This document shows positions 1 through 8,232 of a DNA stretch of 64,000 nt, in pieces (the first letter of the stretch is position 1; each line of letters begins with the position of its first letter). Source of the stretch: an uncultured Eubacteriales bacterium (GTDB taxonomy: Bacteria > Bacillota > Clostridia > Oscillospirales > CAG-382). The DNA lies in NCBI GenBank assembly GCA_900548115.1, contig URJL01000007.1, positions 25 to 64,024 of the forward strand, in the 5' to 3' direction. A program made the position numbers and the translations under genes. The notes beneath the pieces were generated by a model that worked only from the letters and a program-made list of their open reading frames with translations, was not told the DNA's origin and did not search any database.

Positions 1-861
1 CATACGGCCCATGGTGTCGGTCATGCCGTAGGAAGCGGGACCGGCGGCCATGTTGTCAGGGTGCAGGGTGCGGCCCGTGCCGCCGCCGGAGGCGACGGAG
101 AAATACTTCTTGCCCTGCTCGATGCACTCTTTCTTGTAGGTGCCGGCGACGGGGTGCTGGAAGCGGGTCGGGTTGGTGGAGTTACCGGTGATCGAAACGC
201 CTACGTTTTCGAGCTTCATGATGGCAACGCCTTCCGGAACGTTGTCCGCACCGTAGCATTTAACGGCAGCGCGGGGACCGTTCGAATAAGCGGTTTCCGA
301 CACGACCTTGACCTGTTCGGTATACGGATCGAACTCGGTCTTGCAATAGGTAAAGCCGTTGATACGCGAAATGATGAAAGCGGCGTCTTTTCCGAGACCG
401 TTCAGGATAACGCGAAGGGGCTTTACACGAACCTTGTTGGCGTTGAGGGCGATCTTGATCGCACCTTCCGCTGCGGCAAACGATTCGTGACCGGCGAGGA
501 AGCAGAAGCATTCGGTCTCTTCGGACAGAAGCATCTTGCCGAGGTTGCCGTGGCCGAGACCTACCTTGCGGTTTTCGGCGACCGAACCGGGAATACAGAA
601 GGACTGAAGTCCGATACCGATCGCGGCGGCGGCGTCGGCTGCCTTGGTGCAGCCCTTCTTGATGGCGATAGCCGCACCGACGGTGTAAGCCCAGATCGCA
701 TTTTCAAAGCAGATCGGCTGGGTCTCTCTTACGATCTTGTCGCAGTCGATACCCTTTGCCAGCGTAATATCACGGCACTCCTCAATGGACTTGATGCCGT
801 ATTCGGCCAAAACGCCGTTAATTTTATCTACACGTCTTTCGTAATTTTCAAACAAAGCCAT
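1..861 (-). CDS. GGGtGRT-family protein (conserved, function unknown); C-terminus runs off the window
   Basis: Absent from the ORF track because there is no stop in the window. The reverse frame from ATG 861 (GGAGG 9 nt upstream) reads MALFENYERRVDKINGVLAEYGIKSIEECRDITLAKGIDCDKIV. It ends at the window edge with ASGGGTGRTLHPDNMAAGPASYGMTDTMGRM, which contains the eponymous GGGTGRT motif. Track ORF 61..909(+) is its antisense shadow. Confidence 0.85.
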   Translation of the reverse strand, partial: MALFENYERRVDKINGVLAEYGIKSIEECRDITLAKGIDCDKIVRETQPICFENAIWAYTVGAAIAIKKGCTKAADAAAAIGIGLQSFCIPGSVAENRKVGLGHGNLGKMLLSEETECFCFLAGHESFAAAEGAIKIALNANKVRVKPLRVILNGLGKDAAFIISRINGFTYCKTEFDPYTEQVKVVSETAYSNGPRAAVKCYGADNVPEGVAIMKLENVGVSITGNSTNPTRFQHPVAGTYKKECIEQGKKYFSVASGGGTGRTLHPDNMAAGPASYGMTDTMGRM

Positions 862-880
862 TATTCGGTACCTCCTGCGA

Positions 881-1576
881 TTATTCTTTACGAGGATCAA
901 TGTACTTAACAGCTTCATCGAATCTGCCGTAGGTACCCTGAGCCTTCTTGTATGCGGTGTTGGGGTCGTCACCCTTCTTGATGAAGTCGGTCATCTTGCC
1001 GAGCGAAACGAACTCATAACCGATAACCTGGTCGTCCTTATCCAGTGCCATACGGGTGACATAACCCTCTGCCATTTCAAGATAACGAACGCCCTTGGCG
1101 CGCGTGCCGTACATGGTACCGACCTGAGAACGGGTACCTTTTCCGAGGTCTTCAAGACCTGCGCCGATGGTAAGACCGCCTTCGGAGAACGCGGACTGTG
1201 AACGGCCGTATACGATCTGAAGGAACAGCTCACGCATTGCGGTGTTGATCGCGTCACATACAAGGTCGGTATTCAGAGCTTCGAGAATGGTCTTGCCCTG
1301 GAGAATTTCCGCTGCCATTGCGGCGGAGTGGGTCATACCCGAGCAGCCGATGGTCTCGACGAGCGCTTCTTCGATGATACCGTTCTTGATGTTCAAGGAC
1401 AGCTTACATGCGCCCTGCTGCGGTGCGCACCAGCCCACACCGTGGGTAAAGCCGGAAATGTCCTTGATCTCTTTTGCCTGAATCCATTTGCCTTCCTCGG
1501 GAAGGGGAGCGGGACCGTGATCCGGACCTTTTGCTACGACACACATGGATTCTACTTCGCTTGAATAAATAGCCAT
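881..1576 (-). CDS. NifU/IscU-like Fe-S scaffold-domain protein with an extra C-terminal domain
   Basis: Track ORF 881..1642 trimmed to ATG 1576 (MAIYSSEVE), which is preceded by AAAGGAGA. The Cys layout GWCAPQQGAC ... ETIGCSGMTHSAAMAAE..GKT..EAL resembles the IscU/NifU N-terminal scaffold. The gap to the GGGtGRT gene is 19 nt. Confidence 0.7.
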   Translation of the reverse strand: MAIYSSEVESMCVVAKGPDHGPAPLPEEGKWIQAKEIKDISGFTHGVGWCAPQQGACKLSLNIKNGIIEEALVETIGCSGMTHSAAMAAEILQGKTILEALNTDLVCDAINTAMRELFLQIVYGRSQSAFSEGGLTIGAGLEDLGKGTRSQVGTMYGTRAKGVRYLEMAEGYVTRMALDKDDQVIGYEFVSLGKMTDFIKKGDDPNTAYKKAQGTYGRFDEAVKYIDPRKE

Positions 1577-1652
1577 AACTGTATTGTCTCCTTTGTTAAA
1601 ATTTTCTATTTCGGAATGAAGAAGCATTCTCCATTGAAACAACGAATACGGC

Positions 1653-2228
1653 TTACTTGAGGATCGTGACCGTCATGCCGGGAGCCGCCGCACAGGCGTT
1701 GGACTCGTCGGTATCGATGTGCATGGCGGGCGCATATTTGTCGCTGACACGAACCACAACGTCGCCGAATACGGTCTTTCTGCCTTCGGAATCGACCTTG
1801 ACCGAAACGACCTGCTTGTCCGAAAGCCCGAACTCTTCGGCTGTTTTGGTATCGAGATGAATGTGGCGCTTTGCGGCGATAACGCCCTCGGAAATTTCAA
1901 TCTCACCGCAAGGACCTATGATCTTACAGGCACCCGAGCCTTTTACATCGCCCGATTCGCGAACCGGAGCGGTAACGCCGATGCTACGCGCATCGGTGAG
2001 CGAAAGCTCGACCTGAACGGCGCTTCTTGCGGGACCCAAAATCGAAACGCCCGCAAGCTCTTTTTTCGAACCGACAACGGTAACGCGCTCTTCACAGGCA
2101 AACTGACCGGGCTGCGAAAGATCCTTTTTCTTGGTAAGCGTGTGCCCCTTACCGAACAGAATCTCAATTGCTTCGTCGGTAAGATGAATATGTCTTGCCG
2201 AGGTTTCCATTAAAACCTTGATTTCCAT
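1653..2228 (-). CDS. pduL: Phosphate propanoyltransferase / phosphotransacylase, PduL family
   Basis: Track ORF 1653..2261 trimmed to ATG 2228 (MEIKVLMETSARHIHL), preceded by AAAGGAGA. It has the duplicated PduL-type half-domains, SARHIHLTDE...GPARS and AAKRHIHLDTK...HIDTDE. Confidence 0.8.
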   Translation of the reverse strand: MEIKVLMETSARHIHLTDEAIEILFGKGHTLTKKKDLSQPGQFACEERVTVVGSKKELAGVSILGPARSAVQVELSLTDARSIGVTAPVRESGDVKGSGACKIIGPCGEIEISEGVIAAKRHIHLDTKTAEEFGLSDKQVVSVKVDSEGRKTVFGDVVVRVSDKYAPAMHIDTDESNACAAAPGMTVTILK

Positions 2229-2314
2229 AGAATGTATGTCTCCTTTGTTTTGTATTTGCAAAAAACAAAAAATTATGCACGCGCGGCGGGTTTATGTCCC
2301 TCTTTCGCGAAGAA

Positions 2315-2692
2315 TTATTCCTCGACCGGGTAAGCAATGGTCGTCATAAGCGCCATTTCGACCTCGGAGGTGTCGAGGCGCGAATACTGCACGACGATCT
2401 CAACGTTGCTCTCCACCAGCATGGCATACGGCGTGTCGCGCGGAATGCTCTTGCCGTCGGCGGAACGGATTTTGTCCAGACGGATGTGATGGGTCTTGCC
2501 CGCACCGCAGAAGGACGAAAAATCGGTGATCTTGTCGCGATCCTCGAAATACAGCGTCAGCGCAATCTGCGCGTCGGTATCGGATGTGTTGATTACACAA
2601 ATGGCTTCGTGACTGACCGATTCGTTTCTCGACTTTGAATTGAGAAAGCAGTCGGGAATCAGCCATGTTTTCTTGCCGTAAGCTTTGGACAT
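2315..2692 (-). CDS. Sensory-rhodopsin-transducer-like (ASRT/TM1070 family) small beta-sandwich protein
   Basis: 125 aa, with GGGAGG upstream of the ATG. The blocks KTWLIPDCF, SHEAICVINTSDTDAQI, LYFEDR, HHIRLDKI, IPRDTPYAMLVESNVEIVVQYSRLDTS and ALMTTIAYP follow, from memory, the conserved layout of the ~125-aa ASRT family. Confidence 0.65.
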   Translation of the reverse strand: MSKAYGKKTWLIPDCFLNSKSRNESVSHEAICVINTSDTDAQIALTLYFEDRDKITDFSSFCGAGKTHHIRLDKIRSADGKSIPRDTPYAMLVESNVEIVVQYSRLDTSEVEMALMTTIAYPVEE

Positions 2693-2715
2693 GATGTTTT
2701 CCTCCCGAAAAAAGT

Positions 2716-2757
2716 GTGGGCGGCGCGTTTTTCAAAAAAAACGCCGCATACTCCCAC
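2716..2757 (-). promoter_or_regulatory. 5'-leader hairpin followed by a U-tract, just downstream of the predicted transcription start of the ASRT-PduL operon
   Basis: On the minus strand: GTGGGagtatGCGGCGttttttttgaaaaaCGCgCCGCCCAC, then acTTTTTTc, then the GGGAGG RBS. Confidence 0.4.
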
Positions 2758-2767
2758 GATTCGTTTC

Positions 2768-2796
2768 ATTATAACATATTTTTCGGTCGGTTGCAA
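2768..2796 (-). promoter_or_regulatory. Sigma-A-type promoter of the ASRT-like/pduL/nifU-like/GGGtGRT operon
   Basis: On the minus strand: TTGCAA, a 17-nt spacer, then tgtTATAAT (an extended -10). Confidence 0.55.
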
Positions 2797-2862
2797 GTAT
2801 CTGGGGCAGAATTTGTTATTCTTTTTACAAACTTTTCGCTTTTTGACGGGAACAAAAAAGAA

Positions 2863-2882
2863 CGCCGCCCGAGCGGGCGGCG
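2863..2882 (-). terminator. Intrinsic terminator, oriented on the minus strand
   Basis: CGCCGCCCG-ctc-GGGCGGCG hairpin followed on the minus strand by TTCTTTTTTG. Confidence 0.55.
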
Positions 2883-3139
2883 GATACGGGTCATGAATAT
2901 TATAAACTATTCAACGATCCCTTTTTACATTTTGTGTTCATGTATATTTCCTCCGTTTTCAAAATTCCGAAAAAAGTACTCGTCGACACGTCCTTTGAGA
3001 ACCGACGATGTGCGGCGAATGCTTTGAACACTCCTACCCGGCGGCAGTGCTATTTTGTTTGACGAAGGGATTACAACAGAAAATGACGAAAAAGTCAAAT
3101 GCCGAGAGAAAATTCGGCAAAATTTCAAGGCGGAGACGC

Positions 3140-3168
3140 TTGCTTTTTTTCCGTCTTTTTGGTATACT
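3140..3168 (+). promoter_or_regulatory. Sigma-A-type promoter for the YbaK/ProX-like gene
   Basis: TTGCTT, a 17-nt spacer, then TATACT, about 40 nt upstream of the ATG at 3209. Confidence 0.5.
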
Positions 3169-3208
3169 TGTGTCAAAATACGAAAACGCCCGAACGGAGG
3201 AAACAACA

Positions 3209-3763
3209 ATGGCATTACAGCTGGAAAACGGACGCCCGAGCGATACGGCGGGACGTCTCCGAAAAGAAATCGCGGTTTACGATCTTCTCGATTCGTTAAA
3301 AATCCCGTATCAGCGCGTCGATCATGAGGCGGCGTTCACCATGGAAGCGTGCGCCGAGGTCGACAAAGTTCTTGCGCCCGCGGTGGTCTGCAAAAATCTT
3401 CTGCTGTGCAATTCACAAAAGACAAGCTTTTATCTTCTCATGATCCGCGAGGACAAAAAGTTCAAAACCAAAGAAATTTCGTCGCAGATCGGCTCGGCAC
3501 GCCTCTCCTTTGCACCTGAAGAATACATGGAAAAATTCTTAAACGTAACGCCCGGCTCGGTCACGGTCATGGGCTTGATGAACGACACCGAAAATGAGGT
3601 GCGCCTTTTGATCGACGAGGATGTTCTCAAAAGCGAGCTTGTCGGGTGTCACCCTTGCATCAACACCTCAAGCCTTCGCCTTTCGGTTCATGACCTTATA
3701 ACCGTCTTTCTGCCTGCGGTCAAGCACGATTATACGAAAGTGACGCTTGCGGGAGAGGAATAA
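3209..3763 (+). CDS. YbaK/ProX-type aminoacyl-tRNA deacylase domain protein (prolyl-tRNA synthetase-associated domain)
   Basis: Track ORF 3008..3763 trimmed to ATG 3209 (MALQLENGRPS), preceded by GGAGGAAACAAC. The protein is 184 aa. The blocks CKNLLL...FYLLMIREDKKFKTKEIS...RLSFA..E......L.V.PGSVTVMGLMND are typical of stand-alone YbaK-like deacylases. Confidence 0.7.
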   Translation: MALQLENGRPSDTAGRLRKEIAVYDLLDSLKIPYQRVDHEAAFTMEACAEVDKVLAPAVVCKNLLLCNSQKTSFYLLMIREDKKFKTKEISSQIGSARLSFAPEEYMEKFLNVTPGSVTVMGLMNDTENEVRLLIDEDVLKSELVGCHPCINTSSLRLSVHDLITVFLPAVKHDYTKVTLAGEE

Positions 3764-3781
3764 TTTGCAAACGACATGGAA

Positions 3782-3806
3782 AACAGGCGCCCCAAGGGTT
3801 CCTGTT
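3782..3806. terminator. Terminator between the convergent proX-like and histidine kinase genes
   Basis: AACAGG-N13-CCTGTT hairpin followed by TTTTTATTTTT on the plus strand. It sits 3 nt from the kinase stop codon. Confidence 0.6.
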
Positions 3807-3809
3807 TTT

Positions 3810-6008
3810 TTATTTTTCTCTGTTTTTGCGAACGTTTTCGGAAATGGCGGAAAGAATCTTTTGAAGATCCAACGGTTTTGCCAAATGACCGTTCATGCCG
3901 GCAGCAAAGCATTTTTCGGCGTCCTCGACAAAAGCGTTTGCCGTCATGGCGACAATGGGAATCGTTTCGGCATCGGGATGCGAGGAGGCGCGAATGGCTT
4001 TTGCCGCGCTCAATCCGTCCATGACCGGCATCATCATGTCCATTAAAACAATATCAAAAGCACCGACGGGACTCATCTCGAACAGCTCGACTCCAAGCTT
4101 TCCGTTTCGGGCTTCGGTGACGGTTGCACCCGCGTCGGTCAGCAGCGCTTTCGCAATTTCGGCATTCAGCTCATTGTCCTCGACCAAAAGAATCGAAACT
4201 CCGTGAATGTCGGGACGGTCGGAAGAGGATATCCCGCCGCTTTCTCCGGGGTCTTGCGCGGCATCAAACGGAAGCGTGACTTCGAAGGAAGAACCGATCC
4301 CCTCCTCGCTTTCCACGCGGACGGTTCCGTGCATCTGCTCGACAAGTCCTTTGACGATCGCCATGCCCAGTCCCGTGCCCTGCGTGATTTTTTCGTCGGT
4401 TCTTTCCCGGGCAAACGGCTCGAAGATGTGATCAAGAAACTCCCGACTCATGCCGATGCCGGTATCGGTGACGGTCCATCGGTAAATGGCGGAGGTATCG
4501 GTTTTTTCAACGCATCGGAACAAGGTGGTGACCGAACCGCCGACTTTGTTGTACTTTATGCAGTTTGTGTAGATATTCAGAAAAATCTGCCGCAAATGAA
4601 GGGGACTTCCGTATACCCACGGAAACGGAAACGGGTCGGAACTTTTATCCCAATCGATGGTGATACCGGAATCTGCCGCTTTTTGCCCGACAATGGTATG
4701 CACCTCGTCGGTCAGCTTCCGCAGATCGACGGGAATGCGCGAGAGCGTGATCTTGCCGCTCTCCATTTTGCTCATTTGCAAAATGTCGTTGATAAGCGCC
4801 AAAAGGTGATTGGCTGCCACACGCATCTTTTCGCGGTCGGAACGCAAAAGCTCCGTATCCTCCGGATGTGCCGCGTCAATTTCCAAAAGCCCGATAATAC
4901 CGTTTAAAGGTGTTCGGATATCATGACTCATTCGCGAGAGAAAGCCTGTTTTGGCGGCATTGGCACGATCCGCCTGCTCGACCGCCATGCTGAGCTCTTC
5001 GTTTTTGACACGAAGACTTTCGGCGTATTCTTTTTGCGCCTGAAGCTGTTCTTCGCGGTAACGTTGGGCGAAACGGCGGCGAGCGGTGTTGAAGGCAAGA
5101 ATCAGAACGATGATGGAAGCAAGTGCGGAAAGCATCACACGGGGCGTATTTTCAAAAACATTCCGATCGGAAAGAAAACTGTAAATATAAAAGTTGCGAC
5201 CCCGCATCATCAAACCGAAGCAGTACGCCGAGGAATCATTTTCCTTTCTTACGCGAACAAGCTTTCGTCCATCGGTTTTGCTTTTGATCTCCTTCAATAT
5301 GGCAACTTTGTCGGCATGTTTTCCGATGAGAGATTCGTCGTTGCTGGCAACGATCTCATTCCCGTTTGTCACGACAATGGTCTCGTCCTTCTCGGTGCTG
5401 TATCCCGAAAGAAGGGAGGCGACGGTCAGACTGAAGGATTCCTTATATTCCTCCGAGGTGTGATAATAAACCACGATAATCCCGTCGCTGTCCTCCCGCG
5501 GGACGGCGGCAAGGTCGATCTCGCTTCCGTCGGAGCAGAGAAAACGGACGGCGTAACGTTTTTCGGGATAACGCGAAACACTTATGAGCGCAGGGGAGGA
5601 AACCGCTTTTTCCACCTCTTTCGGCAAAGTGTTTTCGACGTGATACTTCTGCAAAATATTGCCCTGCGCGTCGAGGAGAAGAACGCCGGACACATAAGCC
5701 GTGTCGGCATATTCTTTCAGCGATTTGCCGTCGCGAAGCCCGCCTTCTTCGCGAAGCATATGCGAAACGATCTTTCCGCTTTCGGTGACGCGCATAAGAC
5801 TTTTGGTTTCGGTTGCAAGCTCAATACGGGCATAACGGTTGCACTGCTCTTTTATGTAATCGGTCGTGGTCAAAAGAGTGTGCTGCGCCGCGGTCATGTC
5901 CGAACGGACGGCAATGCAAGTTACAACCGACAGAAGGATAAGCCCGACAAGAAGCTGCGCCCAAATGTACCGTTTGGAGGCGGAGTTTTCCGCTGTTTTA
6001 TTCTTCAT
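3810..6008 (-). CDS. Hybrid sensor histidine kinase / response regulator
   Basis: Track ORF trimmed to ATG 6008 (MKNKTAENS), which overlaps the stop of the upstream gene. It has two TM helices around a ~270-aa outer domain. It has the H-box SHDIRTPLNGIIG, HATPase N/G boxes (TNCIKYN, DTGIGM, GTGLGM) and a C-terminal receiver (ILLVEDNELN...DIVLMDMMMPVMDG...K). Confidence 0.85.
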   Translation of the reverse strand: MKNKTAENSASKRYIWAQLLVGLILLSVVTCIAVRSDMTAAQHTLLTTTDYIKEQCNRYARIELATETKSLMRVTESGKIVSHMLREEGGLRDGKSLKEYADTAYVSGVLLLDAQGNILQKYHVENTLPKEVEKAVSSPALISVSRYPEKRYAVRFLCSDGSEIDLAAVPREDSDGIIVVYYHTSEEYKESFSLTVASLLSGYSTEKDETIVVTNGNEIVASNDESLIGKHADKVAILKEIKSKTDGRKLVRVRKENDSSAYCFGLMMRGRNFYIYSFLSDRNVFENTPRVMLSALASIIVLILAFNTARRRFAQRYREEQLQAQKEYAESLRVKNEELSMAVEQADRANAAKTGFLSRMSHDIRTPLNGIIGLLEIDAAHPEDTELLRSDREKMRVAANHLLALINDILQMSKMESGKITLSRIPVDLRKLTDEVHTIVGQKAADSGITIDWDKSSDPFPFPWVYGSPLHLRQIFLNIYTNCIKYNKVGGSVTTLFRCVEKTDTSAIYRWTVTDTGIGMSREFLDHIFEPFARERTDEKITQGTGLGMAIVKGLVEQMHGTVRVESEEGIGSSFEVTLPFDAAQDPGESGGISSSDRPDIHGVSILLVEDNELNAEIAKALLTDAGATVTEARNGKLGVELFEMSPVGAFDIVLMDMMMPVMDGLSAAKAIRASSHPDAETIPIVAMTANAFVEDAEKCFAAGMNGHLAKPLDLQKILSAISENVRKNREK

Positions 6009-6870
6009 AAGGCACGTCCTCCAAAAAACGGTCCGGGTCGGAAAAATAACGACCGATAATTTCTCTGAGCGTTCCGTCCTGCCGCATTTCCGCAAAAACC
6101 TCCGAAAGCTCTTTTTCAAGCCCGCGGTTGTCCGATTTTGAAAAGGCGGCACCCAGTCCCGCCGTCAGAAGAGGCTCGTCCAAAATGCGATATTCGAGAT
6201 TATAATCGGACATGCATTGCAAAATCGAAGTCTCGTGCGCCGCAACGGCGTCGGTATATCCCTTGCTGAGATACGGATACAAAAGCTCTCGGTTATGCAA
6301 GGAAAAAACCTCTTCGACCCGGGGTATGCGCGGGTCGGTATGCGTAAGAAAAATCTCCTCGGGCTTTGTCGTCGATTGTACGGCAATGCGTTTTCCGGCA
6401 AGATCCGAAAGAGCGTAAATATCGCTGTCCTGCCGCACGGCGACCACCTGATGACTGTACATGTACGGTTCGGTCCAGTTGTATTGATCTTCGCGCCCGT
6501 TGATCGAAAAACAATTCCATATGCAGTCGATCTGTCCGCTTTCCACCAGCTGCTTTTTATTTTCCCATTCGATGTAGACAAATTCCGCCCGATATCCGAT
6601 GCGCCGAAACGCCTCGTTCGCAAGATCAATATCAAGGCCGGTCGGTCTTCCGCTCGTGTCTTCATAGCTATAGGGCGGATAAGTCTCGCAGCCGACAAGA
6701 ATGACGGGAAGACCGTCCTTCCGACCGAACGCGTTTTTTTGCGCACAGCCGCTTGACGACAGAGTGAGCAAAACAAGTGTGAGCGCAAGAAGAAACGCGC
6801 ACGCGCGGAGTCGAAAAGAGTTTTCTCGGCTATCGGTTCGATTTTTGCAAAAGAAACGCTTTGTTTGCAT
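5998..6870 (-). CDS. Family-3 solute-binding lipoprotein (amino-acid ABC substrate-binding-like)
   Basis: AAAGGAG lies upstream of the ATG. It has a signal peptide with the lipobox LSSSGC. YPPYSYED...G.DIDLANE and later blocks are typical of SBP_bac_3. Its stop overlaps the start of the kinase gene. Confidence 0.8.
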   Translation of the reverse strand: MQTKRFFCKNRTDSRENSFRLRACAFLLALTLVLLTLSSSGCAQKNAFGRKDGLPVILVGCETYPPYSYEDTSGRPTGLDIDLANEAFRRIGYRAEFVYIEWENKKQLVESGQIDCIWNCFSINGREDQYNWTEPYMYSHQVVAVRQDSDIYALSDLAGKRIAVQSTTKPEEIFLTHTDPRIPRVEEVFSLHNRELLYPYLSKGYTDAVAAHETSILQCMSDYNLEYRILDEPLLTAGLGAAFSKSDNRGLEKELSEVFAEMRQDGTLREIIGRYFSDPDRFLEDVPYEE

Positions 6871-6921
6871 AAACGGCTCCTTTGAGGCTTCTTCGCATAA
6901 AACGCAAATTTCTTATTTAAA

Positions 6922-6950
6922 AGTATAGCACGTCCGAAGTGAAAAATCAA
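6922..6950 (-). promoter_or_regulatory. Sigma-A-type promoter of the SBP-kinase operon
   Basis: On the minus strand: TTGATT, a 17-nt spacer, then TATACT. Confidence 0.55.
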
Positions 6951-7044
6951 GAAAAAGGAATTCGGTTCATTGTGAAGTGTAAAAGACCGTGATTGATCTT
7001 TTGTACACAAGGGACGAATGCAACGAACCTTTCGGCATGAAAAA

Positions 7045-7070
7045 AGCACTCGGCTTTTCGCTCGAGTGCT
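7045..7070 (-). terminator. Intrinsic terminator after the membrane-protein gene
   Basis: AGCACTCG-N10-CGAGTGCT hairpin followed by TTTTTT on the minus strand. Confidence 0.65.
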
Positions 7071-7080
7071 TTGGTCGTTT

Positions 7081-8157
7081 TCAATTGTGTGAGGATTGAT
7101 CGCGGATATATCCGTCTTTGAAGAACAAACGAACGATTTTTTTGCCGAATTTTTTCGGGTTGCGCCCGACTATGACCGTCATGATCATAATCACGGTCCA
7201 TAAAACCGTCAAAAAACTGATCAGCAACAATGCCAATCGCATGTTCTCGACGTGGCGGCGGTTGGTCTCGGCAAAGCTCCAAAGAACGCGATCCTTACAG
7301 AAAATTGCCCCCACGAAGTAATACGGTTCCGCATCCGTCGGGGTGATTTTTTTCGAATATACGGTGACGTGGGTGTTTCCGTCGCAGATCGATCGGAGCT
7401 TTTCTCCGTCAAAGTTCTTTCCCGTATCGATTTTGTACGGGAAACCTTCGGAGGAGGTCAGCGTGATTTCTCCGTGTTCGGCAGCGAACGATATAAAGAC
7501 GATCTGTTGCTCCGCAGTGTTGTCGGCGGTCAACACTCCGTCTTGGGAAGTGCATATGAGAAGGAGAATAACGGCAATCATCGAAATCCAAACAGCCAAA
7601 CCAACTACAACAAAACCGGTTGCATCCCGAACATTTCCGTTAAAGATATCCCGCCGAATTTCGGGTGGATGTTTCCCGTTATGCAAGGCACAATATCTCT
7701 TTTTCGCATACTTCGTGAAACTCATTCCACCGATCGCAAAGGCGTAGACTTTTACTTTGCGTTTCCCGAGGATAATGTGGTTTTCGAACATATCCTCGTG
7801 AATATCGGTGATCTGTTCGTAGGTGAATTCTCTTTTGATGCCGAAGAGATTTCGGGCAATAAATCCTTTTTCGTCATAAGAAATCTTGCAATTGAGAAAA
7901 GCAAGAATTAGGGAAGAACCGAGAAACACGAAAAAAACGAAAACAACCGAAGCAAAAATAGAATCTTTGAAAATGAGCGAAACGACTGTGAGAACGGAAA
8001 AGAAAACAGCCGAAACAAGACCGAGTATGCCGATAAATTTCGGCAACATTACGCTCCCTTTTTCCACCCGCTGCGGTTGATGCAAAAAAGCAAGAATACC
8101 GTTTACGATAATCGGCACAGCTGCCAAAAGCAGCCCATAAAGAAGATAAGACATCAT
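7081..8157 (-). CDS. Hypothetical polytopic membrane protein
   Basis: 358-aa ORF starting MMSYLLYGLLLAAVPIIV, preceded by AGAGG. It has several clear hydrophobic helices. I recognise no family. Confidence 0.55.
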   Translation of the reverse strand: MMSYLLYGLLLAAVPIIVNGILAFLHQPQRVEKGSVMLPKFIGILGLVSAVFFSVLTVVSLIFKDSIFASVVFVFFVFLGSSLILAFLNCKISYDEKGFIARNLFGIKREFTYEQITDIHEDMFENHIILGKRKVKVYAFAIGGMSFTKYAKKRYCALHNGKHPPEIRRDIFNGNVRDATGFVVVGLAVWISMIAVILLLICTSQDGVLTADNTAEQQIVFISFAAEHGEITLTSSEGFPYKIDTGKNFDGEKLRSICDGNTHVTVYSKKITPTDAEPYYFVGAIFCKDRVLWSFAETNRRHVENMRLALLLISFLTVLWTVIMIMTVIVGRNPKKFGKKIVRLFFKDGYIRDQSSHN

Positions 8158-8232
8158 GACACCTCTCGGTTTGCTACATTTTTTGGGAAAACTGTTTTTC
8201 GCTTGTCTTGAAGCGTGTTATGGGCGGCAAAG

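Noticed and set aside
61-909. 282-aa plus-strand ORF at the left edge
   Set aside because: Its composition is Gly/Ala/Arg/Val-rich and repetitive, typical of the antisense frame of a GC-rich gene. The opposite strand encodes a well-formed GGGtGRT-family protein with an SD and ATG.
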